Below, piece after piece: positions 54,466-64,000 of a DNA stretch of 64,000 bases. The translations under genes and the position numbers were made by a program. The stretch spans positions 97,652,001 to 97,716,000 of the forward strand of contig NC_086107.1 of the NCBI RefSeq assembly GCF_963921235.1. The letters are read 5' to 3'. The notes under the pieces are model-generated. The model saw only the letters and a program-made list of their open reading frames with translations, ran no database searches and had not been told where the DNA came from. Position 1 is the stretch's first letter. Each line of letters opens with the position of its first letter. This DNA is from Mobula hypostoma (taxonomy: Eukaryota).

Positions 54466-54619
54466 CTCCAGGTGAGAACCTTCTTCCCCCAGGTGTTTCC
54501 AGACAGCGCATACCGCCTCCTCCTCCTCCTCCTCCTCCTCCTCCTCATCATCTCCGAGGTGCCGATAATGTCGGGGAGCGAGCACCTCGGCTTCTTCATC
54601 ATTTCCAGCGTTCTCTGAT
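54466..54619 (-). CDS. mmp25: MMP25-like exon 3 (cysteine switch, furin site, start of catalytic domain)
   Basis: Acceptor CCCTAACAG, donor AG|GTGGGT; 154 nt, phase 1 to 2. Encodes (D)QRTLEMMKKPRCSLPDIIGTSEMM-R11-YALSGNTWGKKVLTW(R). Not in the ORF track. Confidence 0.93.
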
Positions 54620-54779
54620 CTGTTAGGGAGATTTAGAGACAGGGTGAAGGTGGAGAAAGAGTATTATGGAGAGAGGGAAGAGACATAGTTATACTTTATT
54701 GATCCCGGGAGAAATTGGTTAAAGCATCAGATTTCCTTGTCTGACACCCTTTCCCTGCCTGGTTGACAGTAACTGTATT

Positions 54780-55830
54780 CATAATAAAATATATACACAA
54801 GCAAAATCAATGGGATAAAAAACCTCTTTCAACATTCTTAGTGTCAGTTGGTCAATATTGTATATTTGGCAGTGTTAACTTATCTTTTTAAACTCTAGAC
54901 CCGCCCCCCCCACACCTTTTTGTAGTTGGAGGGGCTTCCGCACCCAGCTGAGCTCCTCTATGTGTGGTTACGGAAGAACACTATGCTGTTGTTCTTCCCC
55001 TCCGACTCTTCCCGCTGGCTGCGCTGAGCTTCAGTGCGTACCTCAGCATGTACTCCCATAGCCTGGAACGTGCCAGGCAAAAGCATTCCCCTACAGCAAG
55101 GGTTCCCACTCTTTCTTATGCCATGGACCCTACCATCAACCGAGGAGTCCGTGAACCCCAGCTTGGGAACCTCTGATCTACGTGCTGGTAGACCATCAAG
55201 TCTCGGGTCAACCAAAGGGCGTCTTTCGCCGAGTTGATGATCTGCCAGCAGCACCGGACGTTGGTCTCCGTGTGCGTCCTCGGGAACAGCCCGTAGATCA
55301 GAGAGTCCTCTGTTAGGCAGCTGTTGGGGATAAACCGTGACACTAGCCCATCCATCCTCCTCCACACCCTCTTTGCGAACTGACAGTGTGCAAAGAGGTG
55401 GGTCACAGACTGCTCCTCACTGCAGTCCTCCCGTGGGCAGTGGGGTGCGGAGACGATGTTCCGGGTGTACAGGAGGGCTCTGACTGGGAGGGCCCCTCTC
55501 ACCGCCAGCCAGGCGAGGTCTTGGTGCCTGTTGGTGAGGTCTGGCGATGAGGCATTTTGCCAGATGAACTGGACAGTCTGCTCCGGGAACCACCCCCCTG
55601 TGTCCATCACGTCCTTCTCCTGCAGTGCCTGCAGGACACTACGTGCCGACCACTGCCTGATGGCCCTGTGGTCAAAGGCGTTCTCCTGGAAGAACTTCTC
55701 CACGAAGGACAGGTATGCCGGCAACAACCAGCTGACTGGGGCGTTGCGCGGGAGTGGGGCCAGACCCATCCTTCGTAGCCAGGACGACAGGTAGAACCTG
55801 GGCATATAGTGGTATGGGCGACTGTGGAAC
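54780..55830 (-). mobile_element. L1/Tx1-clade LINE 3' fragment with hAT MITE inserted at 55097-55175
   Basis: ORF 55116-55859 has HQDLAW...ALPVR...CPREDC...THLFAHC, a zf-RVT-type CCHC region; after the MITE it continues as RLWEYMLRYALKL. Confidence 0.8.
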
Positions 55831-56094
55831 CTGAACATTTTGCTTCTCAGCTTGACCACAAATGAACAGTCGTGCTGGTCTCTAAAATCTACCGTTCACC
55901 CCCCTCTATCCGTTCTCTAACAAATGGCCTACACATCTGGAAACTTGAATTCACATTTCACCAAGGCAGTTAGGAAATGAAGTTCAAATCATTTGAGGCA
56001 ATCGTAACACTAATGAGTTGTAGTTAAATTATATTGATTTCACAAATGTCTGTAAGGGAAGGAAATAGAAGCATTGTGTCACCAGATCCCTGAG

Positions 56095-56390
56095 AATATA
56101 TATCCATTGAGATACAGAAAGATAGAGACGAGGACACATAGAGAAGGGAAAAGCAGAGATATAGATGGAGACAGGGAAAGAGAGACAGATAAAGAGAGAG
56201 GGACAGACGGAGAAATAGCTTGAGAGGGGAAGAGAGAGAGAGAGAGAAAAACACAGACAGATAGAATGGGGAAAAGAAGAGAGGGGTAGATAGAGAGAGG
56301 GGAAGAGAGAAAATTACAGATAGACAGACCAATAGAGAGAGAGAGAGAAAGGTAAATAGAGACAGATAGATAGAAAGAGATAGAAAGACA
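56095..56390. repeat. GA-rich low-complexity tract
   Basis: Degenerate GAGA/GATA repeats. Confidence 0.85.
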
Positions 56391-57261
56391 AACACTAGGC
56401 AGGGCCTTCCTCAGACTCTCCACTCTGTGTAAATGACTTACCTCTGACATCCCCCCGCCCCCCCCCCGTACTTCCCTCCAATCACCTTACAATGATGCCC
56501 CCTCATGTCAGCTACTCCCTGGGAAAATGTCTCCAGCTGCCCACTTATCATTTTATTAAGCCCCTACCCCGTCACTTCTCATCTTCCTTCACTCCAGAGA
56601 AAAAAGCCCTAGCTCACTCATCCAATCCCCATAAGACATGGGATAATCCAGGCAACATCCTGATAAATCTCCTCTGCACCCTCTCTAAAGGCTCCACATC
56701 CTTCCCATAATGAGGCAACCAGAACTGAATGGTCTAACATGTCCCTGGTGTGGAGTCATGAGGATGTCAGTGCCTTTCTAATGCACCTTCTCCAACTGTT
56801 CGGGGCAGCCGGAGGCCAGGAATCTCCACTCTTGCACTGGGAAGGATCTCATTTCTGGTGCATTGCCGGGTGTGGCCTGCCCACTAGAGTTGCTAGAGTG
56901 GGATTAAAGCCTCAAAGCTGGGAAATGGCCATTGATTACCAATTTTGCCCAGAATCCAGTTTGGTTAATCTTAAAGTTGCCCACCGTGGGTTGTCCATGG
57001 CTGCATAGTGTACAGGAGGGCAGCACTGCCCTGCCCTGGGACAGGAGAAGGAGAGCACACTGTTTGAAAAGAACTTGGTGTTGTGGAATGGTACAGAGCT
57101 TCTGTTAGAGTCAATATAGCTGACCATCTTACACTTTCCTTTTTTGTCTCCTCAGCTTTTCCCTTCCCCCCTTCCTCGTCCCATCAATTCTCCGAAATTC
57201 CCAGCTCTTGCTCGCTTTTCACCACATGGATATTGATCAGCCAATGCCACCAAGATCTCAC

Positions 57262-57394
57262 CGAGAATTCCAGTCTCCTCAATCCCAGCAAATCTCTGCA
57301 TGGATTTGATGGCACTGGTCAAGCTCCCCAGGGTCCGGAGCTGGTTCGTCATAGGGTCCGGGCGCGGCAGGTAACCATAACGGGTCAGCCAGTC
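57262..57394 (-). CDS. mmp25: MMP25-like exon 2 (propeptide)
   Basis: Acceptor TTTCAG, donor G|GTGAG; 133 nt, phase 0 to 1. Encodes DWLTRYGYLPRPDPMTNQLRTLGSLTSAIKSMQRFAGIEETGIL, matching MMP25-type DWLTRYGYLP...AIKxMQRFAG as I recall it. Confidence 0.92.
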
Positions 57395-57524
57395 CTGAAA
57401 GAGGGTGACAAGAAGTGGCGATAGTTGTAACTCTGTCAGTCCCACTCATTCCCAGTCTCACACAGTTCAAAGTACACTTATTGTCAATGTACGTATAGAA
57501 CTGTGCAAAGGTCTTAGACACATA

Positions 57525-59064
57525 ACATGCCTATAAAAAGTATTCAACCCCCCCACCCCGAGAACTTTTCATGTTTTATTGTGTTACAAAATTGATCTAA
57601 ATTTATTACTATTATTAAATACAAAATAATTGATTACAGAGTTACTCACCCCCTTCAAGTCAGTATTTAGTAGATGCACCCCTGGCAGCAATTACTGCTT
57701 TGAGTCTGTGTGGAAAGGTCTCTATCAGCTTTGCACATCTGGACTCTGCAATTTTTCCCCATTCTTCTTTACGAAACTGCTCAAGCTCTGTCAGATTGCA
57801 TGGGGATCATGAGCGAACAGCCCTTTTCAAGTCCAGCCACAAATTATCAGTTGGGTTGGGGTCTGGACTCTGACTTGGCCACTCCAGGATATTAACTTTG
57901 CTATTTTTATGCCGTTCTCATGGAGCTTTGGCTTTACGCTTGGCGTGATTGACTTGCTGGAAAACAAATCTTCTCCCAAGTCGCAGTTCTCTTGCAGACT
58001 GCATCAGGTTTTCCTCCAGGATTTCCCTGTATTTTGCTGCATTCATTTTACCCTCTACCTTCACAAGCCTTCCAGGGCCTGCTGCAGTGAAGCATCCCCA
58101 CAGCATGATGCAGCCACCACCAGGCTTCACAGTAGGAATGCTGTGTTTTTGATGATGTGCAGTGTTTGTCTTATGCCAAACATAACATTTAGTCTGATGG
58201 CCAGAAGGCTCAATTTTGGTTTCATCAGATCATAGAACTTTCTTCCAGCTGACTTCAGAGTCTCCAACATGCTTTCTGTTAAACTCTAGCAGAGATTTCA
58301 TGTGTTTTTTCAACAGTGGCTTTCTCTTTGCCACTCTCCCAAAAAGCTGCAACTGGTGAAGAAACCGGGCAACCTTTGTTGTATGTACAGTCTCTCCCAT
58401 CTCAGCCACTGAAGCTTGTAACTCCTCCAGAGCTGTCATAGGTCTTTTGGTGGCCTTTCTCACTAGACCCCTTCTTGAACTGTCACTCAGTTTTTGAGAA
58501 CAACCAGCTCTAGGCAGATTTACAGCTGTGCCATATTCTTTCCATTTCTTGATGATTGACTTAACTGTACTCCCAACTGTATTCAGTGACTTGGAAATTT
58601 TCTTGTATCCATCTTCTGACTTATGCTTTTCAATAACCTTTTCACAGAGTTGCTTGGAGTGTTTCTTTTGTTTTCATGGCATACTTGTTGCCAGGATACT
58701 GACTCACCAGCGGTTGGACCTTCCAGATACAGGTGTATTTTTACTACAATCGATTGAATCACCTTGACTGCACACGGGTGATCTCCATTTAACTAATTAT
58801 GTGACTTCTAAAACCAAATAGCTGCACCAATGATGTCATACTAAATGGGGGGGTGAATAATTATGCAATAAATTATTTAGTGTTTTATATTTGTAAATTA
58901 ATTTCGATCACTTAGTAGATATTGGTTTTCACTTTAACCCAAAAAAAGCCTTTTTCTGTTGACCAGTGTCAGAAAAAGCCAGATTAAATCCACTGTGATT
59001 CAATGTTGTAAAACAATAAAACATGAAGACTTCGAAGGGGGGTGAATTCCTTTTATAGGCACTG
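57525..59064 (-). mobile_element. Full-length decayed Tc1 transposon (IR/DR type)
   Basis: TIRs TGCCTATAAAAAGTATTCAACCCC and GGGGTGAATTCCTTTTATAGGCACTG|TA; inner repeats near 57645 and 58850; transposase pieces KPLLKK, SDETKI, GGGCIMLWGCF, FQQ, WPSQSPD and GASTKY*. Confidence 0.92.
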
Positions 59065-60234
59065 TACTCGCGCTCCCAGTCGCTTCACGCCACAGAAACT
59101 GGCATAAGCACCGGTCTGATGGGCCACAAGGCTCAGGACAGACTTTAACTTTATATATAGCTATGGTGCCAAAGATTCTTGCACAGTACTGTAGTAATTT
59201 TATATATTGCACTGTACTGCTGCAAAAAAAAACAAATTTCATGACATATGTGAGTGATGATAAACCTGATTCCGATATGGGTCTCTGTTGTGGATTGAGA
59301 GTGGGAAGGGGGCAGGGAGAGGGGAATCATGGTTGGGAAAATGGGAGGGGAGAGAGGAGGGAGCTGGAAGCACCAGAGAGACATTCTGTAATGATCAATA
59401 AACCAATTGTTTGTAATCAAATGACCTTGCCTGGTGTTTCAGAGCTGGGTGTGTCTGCACCCATGTCACCCCCTACCCCTGCCACTGGTACTCCTTCTCT
59501 GCCACCTGTCCCATACCCCTCCCGTGGCACTCCACCCTCGCCAGTCCCAACATCCTTTCTTCCTGTCAAATTTACAAACTTGCTCTTTGCTCCATATTGA
59601 CATATACAGTGCTGTGCAAATGTCTTAGGCACCCTAGCTATATACATGTGCCTAAGACTTTTGCACAGTGTGTTGGTCACTGTGAGATAGGTGAGTGTGT
59701 GACCACACCGGGTTATACCGGTCACAGCGTGAAACTGTGGGAGTATGACTGACACTGAGTTACATTGGCGACTGTGTGAGTCAGTAAGTATTACCAGTAT
59801 TAAATTACATTGGTAACTGTGTGACGGACTTCCAAGTTCTCCAATGGAATCCTACTGCCAAGCACATCTTACCCCCCCACCTCTTCTCTGCTTTCCATGA
59901 GGGTTGCTCTCTGCCTGTATCCCTTGGCCACTCGTCCCTCCGCACCGATCACCCTCCTGGCACCTACCCCTGCAAGTGCTACACCTGCCCCACAACTTCA
60001 CCCTCGCCACCATTCAGGGACCCAAGCAGCTCTTCCATGTGTGGTGACACTTCACCTGCGAGTCTGCCGAGTTATCTATCGTATCCGGTACTCCCACTGT
60101 GACTTCTACATGTGTGAGACCGCTTACAAATTGGGGAACTGCTTTGCTGAGCACCTTCTCTCTGTCCCTTGCAAAAGGCAGGATCTCCCAGTGGTTACCC
60201 ATTTCAATTTGGCTTCCCATTCCCATTCTGACAT

Positions 60235-60752
60235 ATAACCACATAACAATTACAGCACAGAAACAGGCCATCTTGGCCCTTCTAGTCTGTGCTGAACTCT
60301 TACTCTCACCTAGTCCCACCGACCTGCACTCAGCCCATAACCCTCCATTCCTTTCCTGTCCATATATCGATCCAATTTAACTTTAAACGACAACATCGAA
60401 CCTGCCTCAACCACTTCTGCTGGAAGCTCGTTCCACACAGCTACCACTCTCTGTAAAGAAGTTCCCCCTCATGTTACCCCTAAACTTTTGCCCTTTAACT
60501 CTCAACTCATGTCCTCTTGTTTGAATCTCCCCCACTCTCAATGGAAAAAGCCTATCCACGTTAACCCTATCTATCCCCCTCATAATTTTAAATACCTCTA
60601 TCAAGTCCCCCCATCAACTTTCTACATTCCAAAGAATAAAGACCCAACTTGTTCAATCTTTCTCTGTAACTTAGGTGATCAAACCCAGGTAACATTTTAG
60701 TAAATTTCTCTGTACTCTCTCTATTTTACTGACAGCTTTCCTATAATTTGGT
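60235..60752 (-). mobile_element. CR1 3' fragment inserted in a Penelope remnant
   Basis: MIEVFKIMRGIDRV...TRGHEL; ATAACC-type tail; Penelope-like sequence resumes after 60765. Confidence 0.8.
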
Positions 60753-61423
60753 GGCATCTTTCCTACATGTTGGCCTCCACTACTGCCACGATGACGCCAC
60801 ACTCAGGTTGGAGGAGCAAGTCCATCTGGGTAGCCTCCAACCTGATAGTATTATCGTTGATTTCTCTAACTTCAAAGATTCAAAGTACATTTTATTATCA
60901 AGGCAAGTATGCAGTACACAGCCCTGAGATTCCTCTTCCTGCAGACAGCCACAAAACAGACAGAAAACCGTGGAACTCATTCAAAGAAAAAACACCAAAA
61001 CCCCAACAGGAAAGAGAAAGAACATGCAGAAAATCATGCATAGTGGCAAAAAAAGTGTCAACAACAAAAAATACAAGCATCAACCCAGAAATCATCGAAA
61101 CACTCCAGGCAAGTTCAATTCAGTTAATGTCAGTTCTGATAATTTCTCCCCACTTCCACCTTCTCTCTTTTTCCATTCCCCATTGATTGCCCTCTTAGAC
61201 CTTCTCTTCTCCTCGCCTGCCCATCTCCTCCCTCTGGTTTCCCTCCTCCTTCCCTTCCTTCCATGGTCCACTCTCCTCTCCTATCAGATTCCCTCTTCTT
61301 CAGCCCTTTATCTCTTCCACCTATCAGCTGCCATCGTCTTACTTCATTCCTCCACCCCCACCCACCCACCTTCCCTCTCGCCTGGTTTCACCTGTCACCC
61401 CCCAGCTCGTACTCCTCCTCCTC

Positions 61424-61577
61424 AGCACAAAATACTCTGCAGATGCTGGAAATCCGAGCAACGCTCACAGCACGCTGGAGGAACTCAGCAGGTCGGGCAG
61501 CATCTGTGGAAACGTTGACTGATCGTTTCCACGGATGCTGCCCGACCTGCTGAGTTCCTCCAGCGTGCTCTGAGTGT
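61424..61577. mobile_element. Palindromic Penelope pLTR-derived insertion with 14-bp TSD
   Basis: TACTCCTCCTCCTC at 61410-61423 and 61578-61591; internal inverted arms. Confidence 0.75.
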
Positions 61578-63399
61578 TACTCCTCCTCCTCCTTCCCCAA
61601 CAATCTTATTCTTGCTTCTGCCCCCCTTCCTTTCTGGCGAAGGGCTCGGCCTGAAATATCAACTGTTTATTCCCTCCGTAGGTGTTGCTGGACCTGCTGA
61701 CTTTCTCCGGCATTTTGTGTGGGTAACAGTGTGAGACTGGACGTGAATGGCAGGAAGGTACAAAGGTGATAATAAAGTTCAAAGTGAGCTGAGACCAGTA
61801 TATCACAGTGACCAACTAGGCCACAGTGTGAGCTCACTCCCACCAGCAGAACCCAGCGTCGGTGACCGGCACGCAGCATTTAAGTTGAAGAAGTTTGAAG
61901 GTTTCCGGTAGTTGTACTGTGAAGGCAGTCTTGTGGTCTTTATGTTCTTCAGGATGATCTGGAACGTGGGCGGAGCAGCAATGGCACTGGAGAGCCGCTT
62001 CTTCAACTCATCTGCAGAAACAGATTAATTTCTACCTTTAATGTCTCTTTTTTCCCCTTTCCAAGGTGGACGGGGTTCTGCCAGTGCCCTTGACCTGCAG
62101 CTGAACTCAAACCGTGGTTCCTTGCGGCGATGGGACCCTGCTGTCAGGGCTCACCGACCGGCCATTTCTCGATATCCCAAGGGCCTGAGGCTTCCTGGCC
62201 CCATGGATGAGCCCATCCTATTCTGGTGCATTGTGGGAGAAAACGAAATATCGGGAACAGCGGACCCGCTGTCGGAGGGTTTTGTACTCAGCAAATCATT
62301 CTCTCTCTTTCTCTCATTGGTGGGGAGGAGTTTGCTGGCGATTCTCGAGTCAGAGAACTCAGGAAAAGAAATCTGGCAGACTTTAACACTGTAAATCAGT
62401 AAGTTGTTGGTCTCCCCTCTTGCTGTGTGACACCGCTCTGCCCCTTTAATAGGGAGAAAAAGAGCCCGTGCCATGCCAAGTTGTCGGGTGAATGATCAGT
62501 TTTTCTGTACTGCAGATCCTGGTCTCTGCTGGGGGCTTCGTTGTTGCTTGCTTGGCGGGTGGTGAGTGTTGATGCTTTTTTTGCTGAAGTGGGCGAGGGC
62601 GAGGGGGAGGGGGAGGGTTGATGCTTTGCTGATGCTTGTGCGTGGGAAGGGAGAGAAGGGGGCTTTGGGGTTCTAGCATTTTTACTATCATTCATTCGTT
62701 CTTTGGGGTACTCTTTGTGTGGATGTCTGCAAAGAGCAAGAATCTCAGGTTGTATATTGTAGACACTCTCTGATATTAAATGGAACTGTTGAATGTTGGA
62801 TGAATTTAGCGGGTGAGCAGAGACAGCGGAGGCAGAGGGCGTAGGGTGACATTTTGGGTCATTTTGCAATAACGGACCGTACTTCAAACTCCACAATTCA
62901 AACCCAATCGTGAGGAAGCCCCGGTTCCTTTTCAATGATTGTGGTTTCGTTGTCCACAAGATTCACACACGCACAAATTAGTTCCAAGTGTTGCCTATTC
63001 AGCCTCCAAAGCCTAGGAAATGTTAAATCACTGCTGGATAAAGTGCTGGTAGTTCTAGAACTCTTCCCATCAAAACTGCTTGGCATTGATTCTGCTCACA
63101 ACATCCAACAGGAGGCCCTTCCCTTGGGAAGACTGTGGATTAATTCAACGGCAGGAGAGAGAGGGAACCTTTCCACAGACACAGCAAATTGAACCGATTA
63201 AGATCAAGAAGGCACAAGCGAAGTGGGGTTGGACTGGGTCAATAAAATTTGATCTCTGAGAATAAAATAAGGCAGAATCAAGGCAGGTTGAGCAGCTTGG
63301 AAGGAATCTGTGAAGAGCACTGATCCACTACATGGAAATAAATTCCTCTGAGTGTTTGGTTGGACATGTTCAAAATTATCAGGACTTAAGACAATAAGA

Positions 63400-63802
63400 C
63401 TATTAAAACATAGGAACAGACTGAGGCTATTCTATCCTGGATGATTCAATATCCCTCTCAACCCTGTTCTCCTGCCTTCTTGTAACCCTTGACACCCTGA
63501 CTAATCCAGAACCTTTCTTTGAATATACCCAGTGCCTTGTCCTCCACATCCATCTGTGGCAATGAATTCCGCAGATTCAGCACCCTTTGGCTAATGAAAT
63601 TCCTCCTCATCACTGTTCTAAAGGGACGTCCTTCTATGCTGAGGTGCTGCCCTCTGGTCCTAGACTCCCCAACTATAGGAAACTCTATCAAGGCCTTTCA
63701 ACATTCGATAGGTTTCAATGAGATTTCCCCCCCCACCATTCTTCTAAACTCTAGCAAATACAAGCCCAAAGCCATCAAATGCTCCTCATACATTAACCCC
63801 TT
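63400..63802 (-). mobile_element. CR1 3' fragment
   Basis: ESRTRGQHLSIEGRPFRTVMRRNF. Confidence 0.8.
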
Positions 63803-64000
63803 CATTCAAAGTTCAAAGTAAATTTATTATCAAAGTACATACAGTTTATGTCACCATATACAACCCTGAGATTCATTTCCTTGTGGGCATACTCAATAAA
63901 TCCATAATAGAATAATAACCATAATAAAATCAATGAAAGACTGTCCCAACTTGGGTGTTCAACCGGAGTACAAAAGACAACAAACTGCAAATGCAAAAAG

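Noticed and set aside
56024..56450. Hydrophobic Leu/Ser-rich ORFs resembling membrane proteins or signal peptides
   Set aside because: They are translations of a CT/GA low-complexity tract lying between exons 2 and 3.
62800..63012. Possible further upstream exon (acceptor-like TTTCCTAG on the minus strand)
   Set aside because: No convincing donor and no recognisable peptide.

Overview
Eukaryotic, repeat-dense vertebrate DNA. The repeat families (HE1-like SINEs, abundant CR1, Rex/Babar, Penelope, Tc1) point to a cartilaginous fish, probably a ray; this is inference. The window holds one host gene on the minus strand: a GPI-type membrane matrix metalloproteinase most like MMP25 (MT6-MMP). I traced nine coding exons (equivalent to exons 2-10) from 57394 down to the stop at 9025. 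All have GT-AG boundaries and consistent phases, and together they give 1584 nt (527 aa + stop): propeptide, cysteine switch PRCSLPD, furin site, [11 protein letters not shown] catalytic domain, hinge, hemopexin domain, Cys stem and hydrophobic tail. The signal-peptide exon was not securely found. Nearly all other ORFs are decayed transposon pieces or noise. Notable items: an (AGG)10 coding microsatellite giving 11 consecutive Arg at the furin site; an intact minimal hammerhead core in a 97-bp Penelope-derived insert on the pre-mRNA strand; a three-level retroelement nest; a composite element with Tc1-type hairpin ends; and a Rex derivative bracketed by a 21-bp inverted repeat. I found no evidence of a wholly new multi-gene system.
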